Translations under genes and position numbers: made by a program
Part shown: one piece after another, positions 38,845-47,785 of the stretch
How positions within the stretch are numbered: position 1 is the first letter of the stretch
Layout of the letters: each line of letters starts with the position of its first letter
Assembly (NCBI GenBank): GCA_026396615.1
Contig: JAPLWK010000008.1
Location: forward strand, 9,096-73,095
Source: a candidate division WWE3 bacterium
Lineage (GTDB): Bacteria > Patescibacteriota > WWE3 > JAPLWK01
Length of the DNA stretch: 64,000 bases
Reading direction: 5' to 3'
The notes under the pieces: model-generated
What the model saw: only the letters and a program-made list of their open reading frames with translations
Told to the model about the DNA's origin: nothing
The model's database searches: none

Positions 38845-39584
38845 CTCCCGTCGCCGTCGTCGTGGCAGGAATAATAATTGGTTCGGCGATTGTATTTAAA
38901 GATAAAATAGACATTAAAATCGGATCTAAAGGGACTACCGCCGGAACCCAAGCCACCGCTCCCACTCCAACTCCCAGTCCCACCCCAGCACCAACCGCCG
39001 ATTTAACCGCTATTAAACCAACTTCGGCTGATACAGTGCTCGGTGACAAGAATGCCAAGGTTCAGATTATTTCTTTTAGTGATTTTGCCTGCCCGTATTG
39101 CTCCGCCGCCGATGGTAAAAATGATGCCATGACGACGAGCTTAAAAGGGCAATTCCCAGACTGGCAACCGGCCCTCCCAAATATTATTAAAGATTACGTT
39201 AATACCGGTAAAGCCCAATTAGTCTTCCGAGAATTTCCAGTCCACGGTCCCATTGCCGCTAAAGCCGCCGAAGCCGCCATGTGCGCCGGTGATACCGGTA
39301 AATACTACGAAATGTCCGGTAAATTATTTGAGACTCAAACTGAATGGTCAAGCTTAGCCATCGCCGATGCCACGACCAAATTTAACGGCTATGCGACGGA
39401 CCTAGGATTGAATATTGCTGACTGTTTAAGTAGCGGCAAACACACCGCTGACGTTTCCAAGGATCAAGCGGACGGTCAAAAGGCCGGAGTGACGGGCACC
39501 CCAACGTTCTTCATTAATGGTGAAATCCTTGTGGGTGCCCAGCCCTACAGTGCCTTTCAGAAGGCCATAGACGCAAAACTTTAA
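38811..39584 (+). CDS. DsbA-family thiol:disulfide oxidoreductase (membrane-anchored, thioredoxin fold)
   Basis: CPYC active site; N-terminal transmembrane segment; Thr/Pro linker. Confidence 0.75.
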   Translation: MEEKTSVKTYLTPVAVVVAGIIIGSAIVFKDKIDIKIGSKGTTAGTQATAPTPTPSPTPAPTADLTAIKPTSADTVLGDKNAKVQIISFSDFACPYCSAADGKNDAMTTSLKGQFPDWQPALPNIIKDYVNTGKAQLVFREFPVHGPIAAKAAEAAMCAGDTGKYYEMSGKLFETQTEWSSLAIADATTKFNGYATDLGLNIADCLSSGKHTADVSKDQADGQKAGVTGTPTFFINGEILVGAQPYSAFQKAIDAKL

Positions 39585-39592
39585 CACCACAT

Positions 39593-39651
39593 GTCATTCC
39601 GGGCCCCGAAGGGGAGCCTTTGGCTCTTGACCCGGAATCCAGAATATTACC
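39593..39651. repeat. Hairpin repeat copy with a 27-bp insertion (itself a hairpin, CCCCGAAGGGG) in its loop
   Basis: GTCATTCCGGG[CCCCGAAGGGGAGCCTTTGGCTC]TTGACCCGGAATCCAG. Confidence 0.8.
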
Positions 39652-39652
39652 C

Positions 39653-40771
39653 ATGACTAAACCGTACGACGTTCTAATAATTGGATCGGGACCAGCAGGC
39701 TTAACAGCCGCCATCTACACCACCCGCTATAATCTTTCAACTCTCATAATAGGAGAAATCGTTGGCGGCCAAATGACGGAAGTCTCGGATATTGAAAACT
39801 ATCCCGGCTTTGAATCCATATCGGGACTCGAACTCGGCCAAAAGATGCTGGAACAATCACAAAAACTGGGTGCGGAATTTCTTGGCGAGTCGGTGGAGGA
39901 AGCGGTCAAGCAGAACGACGGCACTTTCAAGGTGAAAACGTCGACCGGACAGGAATTTGTAGCTAAAAGTATCATTTTGACTTCCGGCACGGAGCCCAAG
40001 CGCCTTGATGTTCCGGGTGAAAAAGGGTTGCGAGGGCGCGGAGTGAGTTATTGCGTAACCTGCGACGGACCGCTGTTTAAGAATAAAACGGTGATTGTTA
40101 TTGGCGGTGGCGACTCCGCTTTCATGGGCGCACTGGAACTGGCCGGTTACGTGAGGCAAGTTTATTTGATTCATCGCAATAATAATTTCAAAGCCAAGCC
40201 GGCTCTGATTGAAAGTGTCAAAAACAATCCCAAAGTAATAATTATTCCCAACACTAATATAATTAGTGTTGACGGTGATAAAAGAGTGACTGGGGTAATG
40301 CTTGACCAACCATTTGAGGGTAACTCAAAGTTATTAGTTGATGGAATCTTCGTCGAAATCGGCAGTCAGCCGTCTGTAAAACTTTCGCTTGACCTGGAAG
40401 TTTCACTTAACGAATATAATTTTGTCGAGGTCGCTGTGGATCAAACTACCAGCGTCCCCGGAGTTTGCGCCGCCGGCGACATTACCACCGGCAGTGACGG
40501 CGTTCGTCAGATAGTGACGGCCTGCGGTGAAGCTGCGATTGCATCAAGAAGTATTTATCATTACCTACAAGCAAAGCTGACCGGAGAAGTGATGACACCA
40601 CATGCTACGATCGACCCCAAAAAATGCGTCGGCTGCGGCATTTGTACCCAAGTTGCTCCGAATTCATTCCAACTAAATGTCAAAACTGAGCTTTCCGAAC
40701 TTAAAAAGACCGCGACCGCTGCCGAAATCAGGAAGGCAATTAAATCTTGTCCTGAAAATGCAATCCAATAA
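39653..40771 (+). CDS. trxB: Thioredoxin reductase fused to a C-terminal 4Fe-4S ferredoxin-like domain
   Basis: FAD motif IIGSGPAGLTAAIY, redox-active CVTCDG, NADPH motif GGGDSA; C-terminal CVGCGICTQVAP...KSCPENAI. Confidence 0.75.
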   Translation: MTKPYDVLIIGSGPAGLTAAIYTTRYNLSTLIIGEIVGGQMTEVSDIENYPGFESISGLELGQKMLEQSQKLGAEFLGESVEEAVKQNDGTFKVKTSTGQEFVAKSIILTSGTEPKRLDVPGEKGLRGRGVSYCVTCDGPLFKNKTVIVIGGGDSAFMGALELAGYVRQVYLIHRNNNFKAKPALIESVKNNPKVIIIPNTNIISVDGDKRVTGVMLDQPFEGNSKLLVDGIFVEIGSQPSVKLSLDLEVSLNEYNFVEVAVDQTTSVPGVCAAGDITTGSDGVRQIVTACGEAAIASRSIYHYLQAKLTGEVMTPHATIDPKKCVGCGICTQVAPNSFQLNVKTELSELKKTATAAEIRKAIKSCPENAIQ

Positions 40772-40777
40772 AAACAT

Positions 40778-40836
40778 GTCATTCCAGGCTTGACCCGGAA
40801 TCCAGTTACTGGATTCTGAATCAAGTTCAGAATGAC
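40778..40836. mobile_element. Minimal element made only of two abutting inverted hairpin repeats (REPIN-like)
   Basis: GTCATTCCAGGCTTGACCCGGAATCCAGTTACTGGATTCTGAATCAAGTTCAGAATGAC. Confidence 0.8.
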
Positions 40837-40888
40837 GAGTTGGCTAGCACCCTTGACACCATCAGCCTTATAGCCTAAATTTATATTA

Positions 40889-41527
40889 ATGCCCGATAAC
40901 ATTACAACGCCTACCACGCCACCAACCATAGTGACGATCCCCCAAAAATGCTCCAAAGTTAAGCCTTTCCTGGCTGGTTTTTGCCTCGGCGGTTGCCTAA
41001 TGCTAATTGTCCCAGCCCTATTTCTGGGTTATAAAATCGCCACCTCCACCGCCAATAAAACAGCGACGACCGGCATTCCAAGTAGTTCCGGAATAACCAG
41101 TTTGCTGCGCGACGCGGTGCTTAAACAAACCATTGGCGCCCCAGCAACAGTTCCGACCTTACCAAAGACTGCCAAAGATTGCGGCCAGGATCTTCTGTGC
41201 ATCCAACAAGCAACTAGCGCTTGCTCCCCCGCCAAAGCTGAGGTGACAGCTGGACCCGTCACCATGACTTATCAAATCGTTGGGCCAAGTTTAGTGACCA
41301 AAGGTAATTGCCAAGTCGCTTTTACAATCACTAAAGTCGACTCCACAAATAGTGCTCTAAGCCTCCTCGGCCTGCAAGGCCAAAATATGCTCTGTGACCT
41401 TAGTCCCGCGATCATTGCCGACCCAAGCACAATTGTAAATGCTCCGGAAAGTGCTATAAATTGTAGTGGTAGTTTATGGGGCCTTTTAAAAATAGTGAGG
41501 TCGCAGCAAACACCAACAAATAAATAA
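40889..41527 (+). CDS. Hypothetical membrane-anchored/secreted protein
   Basis: N-terminal transmembrane segment; Cys-containing extracellular part. Confidence 0.4.
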   Translation: MPDNITTPTTPPTIVTIPQKCSKVKPFLAGFCLGGCLMLIVPALFLGYKIATSTANKTATTGIPSSSGITSLLRDAVLKQTIGAPATVPTLPKTAKDCGQDLLCIQQATSACSPAKAEVTAGPVTMTYQIVGPSLVTKGNCQVAFTITKVDSTNSALSLLGLQGQNMLCDLSPAIIADPSTIVNAPESAINCSGSLWGLLKIVRSQQTPTNK

Positions 41528-41528
41528 T

Positions 41529-42431
41529 ATGCCCAAAAAAGTTGTGAGAGCAAAAACGAAAATTAAAACAAAAGTTACTAATAAAAAAGCAACTGGCAAG
41601 TATTTTTTTGACCACAAGGCTCCCGATCTTCCCTTCTGGAGTTTCCTGGCCGTCTGCGCCATGGTTTTAGTGGTTTTAGCCGGTACGTTTGCCGTCAGCA
41701 AAAGAACAACGCAGCCTTCACCTATTTTACCTATCATACCTATTCAACATATAAAACCTATCCAAACCACCACCACAATTACCTCCGCCACCGATGCCAC
41801 CCCCATAATAGTAAATAACAAACTCGATATAATTTATAAAAATAGCGTTGGCGGCTACTCGCTGAATAGTTATGACCTAAACCTCAACGTTCTTGACGAG
41901 AACCGCTGGCTGACCAACGGCCAGGTAATTCCCAACCAACAAGCTGCTAAACCGTATTTTTACAATAGCACCTGGTATCTGGCATATATAGGTGGCGATC
42001 GATATTTAAGACTGGGAACCTACGACGAATTATTTAATCGCCAACGCGAAGTAACATTCGTGACCCCGATTCCCGTTAGCAGTAATTACCAGATTTATCT
42101 AACAGCTAACGCAAACGGAACGACGACGCAAGTCGCCACCGCAACCTTCAAACACATTTATACCACCAATAATACGTTAGGCATTTCCGGTGACCGTGCT
42201 CCCGGTGAGCGAATTGCCCGGCGGCGAAACGTGTTTCTCGGAGAGCGTTCCGCTCGGTTACGGGACCTTCAATCTGCTGAAGCATGCCGGGTTTCTCCAG
42301 ATGCCGGGCGGGGCTCCGCTGGAGACGGAGGCGGCCTCCAGCATCGAGCTTCGTGCGCCGCCGAGGTACTCGGTCCTCAGCGCCGTGGTGAGTGGGTCCA
42401 CCACGTTCCGGGAAAGCCTCGTCAGGCGTGA
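41529..42431 (+). CDS. Hypothetical membrane-anchored protein whose 3' end runs into an anomalous GC-rich segment
   Basis: Lys-rich N-terminus plus transmembrane segment. From about 42186 the translation (DRAPGERIARRRNVFLGERSARLRD...) looks like out-of-frame reading of foreign DNA. Confidence 0.4.
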   Translation: MPKKVVRAKTKIKTKVTNKKATGKYFFDHKAPDLPFWSFLAVCAMVLVVLAGTFAVSKRTTQPSPILPIIPIQHIKPIQTTTTITSATDATPIIVNNKLDIIYKNSVGGYSLNSYDLNLNVLDENRWLTNGQVIPNQQAAKPYFYNSTWYLAYIGGDRYLRLGTYDELFNRQREVTFVTPIPVSSNYQIYLTANANGTTTQVATATFKHIYTTNNTLGISGDRAPGERIARRRNVFLGERSARLRDLQSAEACRVSPDAGRGSAGDGGGLQHRASCAAEVLGPQRRGEWVHHVPGKPRQA

Positions 42432-42445
42432 CGCACAAAACCACC
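42186..42445. other. GC-rich segment of about 260 bp (about 65% GC) embedded in AT-rich context
   Basis: Composition shifts sharply. One frame gives the protein-like VSELPGGETCFSESVPLGYGTFNLLKHAGFLQMPGGAPLETEAASSIELRAPP. Confidence 0.6.
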
Positions 42446-42486
42446 CGTTGACAAATGATTTAAATATTTTAAGGTTGTAGTACCTC

Positions 42487-43635
42487 ATGACAGATTTAAC
42501 TCGCGCCCAAGAAAATTCCGATCAAGTTGAGCCCCCCAGTTTAAAGCCTAACCTGCGATTTGTTGGTATTACCTATTCCAAAGCCGACCGCAAATATTTT
42601 CACACCGAAGAAGAATTTATTTCCGAGGACGAAGTTTACGAACGAGCCACGGTGATCGCTAAATATTTAGAAAAACGCGGCATCGTGGTTAAACTTTACG
42701 CCGGCGATGAAACGATTGTCGCTGAATTACTCCGCGACCGGCCGAATCTGGTTATTAATTTAGTCGACACGATTCGCGGTGAGGAAACTTTAGAACCCTG
42801 CATTCCGGCCGCTTTGGAACTGGCCCAAATCCCTTATACCGGCAGCGGTATTTTGGGGCTTTCGATCGGTTCTAATAAATATTTAACTAAGAAACTGCTA
42901 GACATCGCTCACGTGCCTACTCCCAAATATCAATTTGTGGTTTCGCCAAATGACGTTATTGACCCTGAATTTAAGTACCCGCTGATTTCCAAGCTTAATC
43001 AGACCCACGGCTCTGTGGGAATGACCGCCGATGCCGTCTCCGCTAACGAAGCTGAACTGCGAAAGCGTTTACGAAGTTTAATTGGGACGTACAAACAACC
43101 GGTGTTAATTGAAGAATTTGTGGGGACGCGAGAAGTGTCCGTGATTTTACTGGACGGTTTGCGTAAGAAAGTTTACTGCGGCGAAAAAGTTTTTGACGCC
43201 GAATATCTTAAAGGATCCAAATACACTTTTTGCACTTTCGACGGCACTTGGCTTGACGAAAAATCCTGGACTTATAAAAAATACGACGACCCTAAATTAA
43301 ACGAAGCGGTGCGGGCCGCCTTTGATATTTTAAAAATGGACGATTACGCTAAATTCGATATTCGTTTAAATGACGACGGCAGTTTTTACTTTATTGACTG
43401 CAACCCCAACTCCACTTTTGGCCCCAAGGAGATGGGCATCGCCCTGGGCAGTATTTTGGATCTTTACGGCATTAATTTCGACGAGATTCTAGACAGACTT
43501 CTCGCTAACAGCGTTCAGGATATTTTAGAAGAAAAGAAAGAGGAAGCCGAGTTGTTCGCGAAGAATTTAGAAAAAGCGGAGTCCAAAGTGACTTCCCTAA
43601 TGGTTGTTCCCACTGATACGTCATTCCGGGCTTGA
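42487..43635 (+). CDS. ATP-grasp enzyme, D-alanine--D-alanine ligase-like (second paralog)
   Basis: ATP-grasp C-terminal motifs (FDIRLNDDGSFYFIDCNPNS). The stop TGA is supplied by the loop (CTTGA) of the hairpin repeat. Confidence 0.65.
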   Translation: MTDLTRAQENSDQVEPPSLKPNLRFVGITYSKADRKYFHTEEEFISEDEVYERATVIAKYLEKRGIVVKLYAGDETIVAELLRDRPNLVINLVDTIRGEETLEPCIPAALELAQIPYTGSGILGLSIGSNKYLTKKLLDIAHVPTPKYQFVVSPNDVIDPEFKYPLISKLNQTHGSVGMTADAVSANEAELRKRLRSLIGTYKQPVLIEEFVGTREVSVILLDGLRKKVYCGEKVFDAEYLKGSKYTFCTFDGTWLDEKSWTYKKYDDPKLNEAVRAAFDILKMDDYAKFDIRLNDDGSFYFIDCNPNSTFGPKEMGIALGSILDLYGINFDEILDRLLANSVQDILEEKKEEAELFAKNLEKAESKVTSLMVVPTDTSFRA

Positions 43636-43761
43636 CCCGCCTGCCCACCTTTAGCAGGGAATCCAGCCATCCCACTTGTCATTCCGGCCTTGAGCCGGAA
43701 TCCAGTAACAGATTAAACGATTGAATCGATTTACTGGATTCTGAATCAAGTTCAGAATGAC
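43620..43761. mobile_element. Composite MITE: two left-type hairpin repeats plus one right-type repeat
   Basis: GTCATTCCGGGCTTGACCCG[CCTGCCCACCTTTAGCAGGG]AATCCAG...GTCATTCCGGCCTTGAGCCGGAATCCAGTAA...TTTACTGGATTCTGAATCAAGTTCAGAATGAC. Confidence 0.8.
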
Positions 43762-43767
43762 GTGTTT

Positions 43768-44760
43768 TTAATAATCAATTCCCATAGCAAATTTAACTAA
43801 AGCCAAAGTTTCAGCGGCAACCCGTTCGGCTTTCTTCGTCCCACTCATTAATATTTCCTTGACCTCTTCTGGGTGGGCTTCAAAATAACTGCGACGTTCT
43901 CTGATCGGCGCAATAAATTCTTCCAGAACATTAAACAGACGCTCTTTAACAGCTACATCGCCCACCTTGCCCGCTTGATACTGCAACTTAAGATCGGCGA
44001 CTAAATTTTTGTCAGCGTCAAACACATCCAAATAAGTAAATACCATATTGCCCTCAAGGTGACCGGGATCAGTGGCGCGAATCCGAGTGGGATCGGTATA
44101 CATTGATTTGACCTTGTTACGAAGAGTTGCGGTTGACTCGGACAAATAGATGCAGTTTCCCAGTGATTTAGACATCTTTGACTTGCCATCAATGCCTGGT
44201 AAACGAGCCACATCGCCCACTAAAGCTTCCGGTTCATTTAAAACCGGTTTATAAATCTGATTAAATTTACGGACTATTTCCCTGGTTTGTTCAATATGCG
44301 GCAATTGGTCCGAACCGACGGGGACCAAAGAAGCGTTAACGGAAGTAATATCCGCGGCTTGAGATACCGGGTACATAAAAAATCCCAAGGGAACGGATTC
44401 TTCCATCCCTTTATCTTTAAGTTCCGTTTTAACAGTTGGATTATGCCCCAACTGATTAACGCTGACCAAATTAGCGTAAAAAACCGTCAGTTCGGCAATT
44501 TGCGGAATGAGTGACTGGATAAAAAATGTGGTTTTACTAGGATCGATGCCAATGGCCAAATGGTCCATCGTGACCTCAAGGATATTGGCGCGAATCTTTT
44601 CGGGATGCTCAAAGTTATCTGTTAAAGCCTGGACGTCAGCCACGATAATAAACTCTTCGTATTCGTCTTGCAGTTTTAAACGGTTAGCCAGTGACCCCAC
44701 GTAATGACCTAGATGTAAGTGGCCGGTAGGCCGATCACCGGTTAAAATTCTTTTCTTCAT
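43768..44760 (-). CDS. trpS: Tryptophan--tRNA ligase
   Basis: Class I HIGH (TGHLHLGH) and KMSKS motifs. Confidence 0.9.
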   Translation of the reverse strand: MKKRILTGDRPTGHLHLGHYVGSLANRLKLQDEYEEFIIVADVQALTDNFEHPEKIRANILEVTMDHLAIGIDPSKTTFFIQSLIPQIAELTVFYANLVSVNQLGHNPTVKTELKDKGMEESVPLGFFMYPVSQAADITSVNASLVPVGSDQLPHIEQTREIVRKFNQIYKPVLNEPEALVGDVARLPGIDGKSKMSKSLGNCIYLSESTATLRNKVKSMYTDPTRIRATDPGHLEGNMVFTYLDVFDADKNLVADLKLQYQAGKVGDVAVKERLFNVLEEFIAPIRERRSYFEAHPEEVKEILMSGTKKAERVAAETLALVKFAMGIDY

Positions 44761-44778
44761 AAAGCTAGTATATAACAA

Positions 44779-44853
44779 TGGTGGCAAGAGTGGGATTTGA
44801 ACCCACGACCGACGGCTTATGAGTCCGTTGCTCTACCACTGAGCTATCTTGCC
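44779..44853 (-). tRNA. tRNA with anticodon CAU (elongator Met or Ile2; G1:C72, so not an initiator), CCA encoded
   Basis: Reverse complement GGCAAGATAGCTCAGTGGTAGAGCAACGGACTCATAAGCCGTCGGTCGTGGGTTCAAATCCCACTCTTGCCACCA. Confidence 0.85.
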
Positions 44854-44992
44854 ACGTGCCTCGTCATTATAACAAACAAAAAACTCGCATCAGCGAGTTG
44901 GTTGCGGATCCAGGTAACGCTCCTGGTTAAGCGGGATTATGAGCCCCGCGAGATGTCTTCACCTCCCACCCGCTCGCTCATTATAATTTAAA

Positions 44993-45352
44993 TCACTGAA
45001 ATATCAAGGCTACCCACTGCTTCCACACCGGCAAATCAACTTTCACCGTCGACTCTCCTAAGGCTGACCCAACAATCGCGAGCTCCTCCGGAATAATCAC
45101 TAGCTTTTCACCAGGCTTAATCATTTGCAAATTATCGCGGGCCTGTTTTTCGATATGCCAGGGAGTCTGAGCTTCCGCTAGATCTTTGGTCAAAGCTATC
45201 TTTTTGTCACGCAAATTCTGAACCTCTTTAACCAAATTCGTATACCTAGCTTCTTTGACCCGCAGATCTAACAGCGTCTTACCTATATTAACGAGAGCGA
45301 CAACGCCAATCACCACCACCGCCCCATTTCTTAATAAGATTAATTTAGACAT
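44993..45352 (-). CDS. Septum formation initiator (FtsB/DivIC-like)
   Basis: Single N-terminal transmembrane segment followed by a coiled-coil (LVKEVQNLRDKKIALTKDLAEAQ). Confidence 0.55.
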   Translation of the reverse strand: MSKLILLRNGAVVVIGVVALVNIGKTLLDLRVKEARYTNLVKEVQNLRDKKIALTKDLAEAQTPWHIEKQARDNLQMIKPGEKLVIIPEELAIVGSALGESTVKVDLPVWKQWVALIFQ

Positions 45353-45611
45353 AATAGTTAGTTAGTGTATAATAAACTAGTCGAGCTGATCCGGACCCTC
45401 GCCGTAAAAGCGGAGAGTGTGGCCGAATAATCTCGACACTTTTATTTTATATACAACCCAAAAGATCTACTACCTCTCTTTCTGTAATTTTACGAACAGT
45501 TGCATGCTTATGATAACGATGTAGCTGCCACTTTGATCAACTTCAACGGTCACTTTGCTCATGACTACTCTATCATAGAGTATAATTGGAAAAAATAAAT
45601 TGGAGGAGAAG

Positions 45612-45848
45612 ATGGAAATTCCAGTCGGTTACGTGCTGGCGGAGGTTATAGGCGTAAAAGCAAATCAGGCCCGCTTTGTAGTTGTTCCCGATCAATTGGG
45701 AAAATACGAAAAGCCTGGAGTATGGTTTCATGGTCAAAGACCTTCAACAACGCCTAAAGAAGCTCTAGCCAGGTTTCTTAATCATCCGAAAGTCGAAACC
45801 CAAAAATGCCTAAATGCTTTTAAAAAAGACTGGTGTGGTGCTAAGTAA
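45612..45848 (+). CDS. Small hypothetical protein (78 aa)
   Basis: RBS GGAGGAG and the ATG at 45612; -10 TATAAT at about 45580; hairpin terminator GGGCCGACGGCC plus T-tract after the stop. Confidence 0.4.
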   Translation: MEIPVGYVLAEVIGVKANQARFVVVPDQLGKYEKPGVWFHGQRPSTTPKEALARFLNHPKVETQKCLNAFKKDWCGAK

Positions 45849-45896
45849 ATGCGAACTTTTGCTCGGGCCGACGGCCTTTTCTTTATGTCAACCCAC

Positions 45897-45925
45897 TTGA
45901 CAAATAACACTATAGGTGGTATACT
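45897..45925 (+). promoter_or_regulatory. Near-perfect sigma70 promoter P1 (TTGACA-17-TATACT)
   Basis: TTGACAAATAACACTATAGGTGGTATACT; shares the CACACTATAGGTG spacer core with P2 at 46427. Confidence 0.6.
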
Positions 45926-46013
45926 GGCTGTACAAATATTGCCGCCGCAAAGTACAAGACTATTCGAATCCCACGGTGGCAATAGTAAATTACTAATATA
46001 GGAGAACAAAATA

Positions 46014-46259
46014 ATGGTACGAAGCGAGATATCAGAAGAGGTCGTCGAAGTTACTGCAGTCGACGATACTAAGATGGTGGATTTTTGTGAGGGAATTTGG
46101 GAAACTGCTTTCCCTACTCCACCTGCAGAAGCCCAAACTCATAATATCGAGGAATTGGCCCAGCGTGTTCATGACGGATTTAACCCCGTTGATGCGGCTC
46201 TTGACATTGCGTTCCCGGCCACCGACACCCTTTACGACGACTCTGAACACCTGTTCTAA
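46014..46259 (+). CDS. Small acidic hypothetical protein (81 aa)
   Basis: RBS TAGGAGAA before the ATG. Confidence 0.4.
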   Translation: MVRSEISEEVVEVTAVDDTKMVDFCEGIWETAFPTPPAEAQTHNIEELAQRVHDGFNPVDAALDIAFPATDTLYDDSEHLF

Positions 46260-46363
46260 GAACGTAAAGGCGCAAGGCTCATAAAATCTATATAGAATTT
46301 TATGGGCCTCTAACTAAAGACTTTCGGACCGCGCTGGAAGGTTTTAGTTAGCAACCAAAACTA

Positions 46364-46394
46364 GTCATTCCGGGCTTGACCCGGAATCCAGTAA
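46364..46394. repeat. Solo hairpin repeat copy
   Basis: GTCATTCCGGGCTTGACCCGGAATCCAGTAA. Confidence 0.85.
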
Positions 46395-46426
46395 AAAATA
46401 AAACAGACGCAACCGGTTTCAACTAC

Positions 46427-46455
46427 TTGACAATCCACACTATAGGTGTTATAAT
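46427..46455 (+). promoter_or_regulatory. Perfect sigma70 promoter P2 (TTGACA-17-TATAAT) driving a leader of about 210 nt before 46672
   Basis: TTGACAATCCACACTATAGGTGTTATAAT. Confidence 0.6.
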
Positions 46456-46671
46456 GTTAGCATGAAAACTGAATAGCTTTCTCCGGTAGGGCCATTCTAT
46501 CGGTAAGTTGGAGAGAGACGAAATTTGTTTTCCTCTATCTGTCCCCTATTTGGGCGCAGGATGAGCAAAATAAATTACAAATCGCCAAAACTAGACTTTG
46601 GATAGCTTCGTCCAAGGAAATAAAACTAGTTACGGCAAATAGATGGGCCAACCGCCCGAAAGGAAATACAA

Positions 46672-47307
46672 ATGAGTACGCAAGAAAATTACGCAAAGAA
46701 GAACGCCCGCGTGTTGTCGGCTCTTCAATCAGGCCAACCATATTGGTTGCTGAAGGCAGAGCAGGAGTACTACTCCCTAGTGCAGGTCGGTCCAGACCGA
46801 TTGCCGATTCCGATTCTCAAGCAGTTACTTGGGAATGAGCACGGTGATCTGATTACGCTGATCGGCCGGGAACCGGAGCTGACTTTCGACCGCGACATGC
46901 GAGTCGCTAATCAGAATGGTTTGCTCCGAGAGATAGTAGGCATCATGCTGGCCAGTATCGAGGCAGACCCTAGTCACAAAGGTGAATGGGAAGTCACGTA
47001 TAATGGTCTCAAGGGCCGGATTACGACAGAGTTCAGCAATCGGCCGGAATATTCGAGCAACGGTGGGGAGTACTTCTTCTACCGCAAGTTCCGAATTACT
47101 GTCGCTGGCGTGACGTCATTCGATGACTGGTCCTGCGACTTCTCGGATTATCAAAATCCAGGGCAGTTGCTTTACCGCATCGACCTGACAAGTCTGCAGC
47201 CAATTTTCGATCACGCCGAATTGATTGCGAAAGCAGTCATCGCCGGCGAGTGGAATTCTGTTTGCTCAGTGTGCGGTCACGTCTACACCCACACTCAGGA
47301 GGCCTAA
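46672..47307 (+). CDS. Hypothetical protein (211 aa), first gene of a GC-rich two-gene module
   Basis: RBS AAAGGAAA; about 52% GC against about 43% in the flanks; C-terminal CSVCGH; translationally coupled to the next gene. Confidence 0.5.
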   Translation: MSTQENYAKKNARVLSALQSGQPYWLLKAEQEYYSLVQVGPDRLPIPILKQLLGNEHGDLITLIGREPELTFDRDMRVANQNGLLREIVGIMLASIEADPSHKGEWEVTYNGLKGRITTEFSNRPEYSSNGGEYFFYRKFRITVAGVTSFDDWSCDFSDYQNPGQLLYRIDLTSLQPIFDHAELIAKAVIAGEWNSVCSVCGHVYTHTQEA

Positions 47308-47309
47308 CG

Positions 47310-47632
47310 TGTCTACTATAATTCGCGTTGAGACACTGCTCGAGCCGGTCACCAAGAACGGTGTTGCTTATCAGGAACACGGTTGTCCTGAAAAGCCCGA
47401 AGGTTATGAAGATACTGACATCGTCGCCAAGGTTGGTGACTACGGTGATATCTACATGGCTATACCTATTGAGGTGATTCGGGAGTGGACAAAGTACTGG
47501 GAGGGCCAAGGTTACAAATTCGTCTTCCTTGGTTATTCCGGCGGTTTAGTCTGGTGGGGACAACTCAAGGATTTCGAGGAGTTACTAACCAGATTTAAGG
47601 TCGTCGGACAGTACGGTATTAATTTCTGCTAA
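47310..47632 (+). CDS. Hypothetical protein (107 aa), second gene of the GC-rich module
   Basis: GTG start 1 nt after the upstream stop, preceded by AGGAGG; high GC. Confidence 0.45.
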
Positions 47633-47785
47633 CACGAAGGCCTAAGGTAAGAATGGAATAAAATCCCTCTTCATACCTTAGGCCCGAACTTGAGAAGTTT
47701 AAGCAACTAGACTTTTGAAGTTTGGTTACAAACCTAACGCACGATTCCATGTACTGTCAAAATCTGTCAGTTCGGGTAATCGTGT

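Noticed and set aside
44797-44991. ORF 44797..44991 (+) and ORF 49149..49376 (+)
   Set aside because: They overlap tRNA genes (tRNA-CAU on minus; tRNA-UAU on plus) and are translations of tRNA sequence.
46462-46671. Assigning the 210-nt leader upstream of 46672 to a known riboswitch class
   Set aside because: I compared it by eye with TPP, SAM-I, c-di-GMP-I, ZTP, fluoride, guanidine, preQ1 and cobalamin consensus cores and saw none of their conserved segments. I keep it only as an unclassified long leader, inside the two-gene-module finding.
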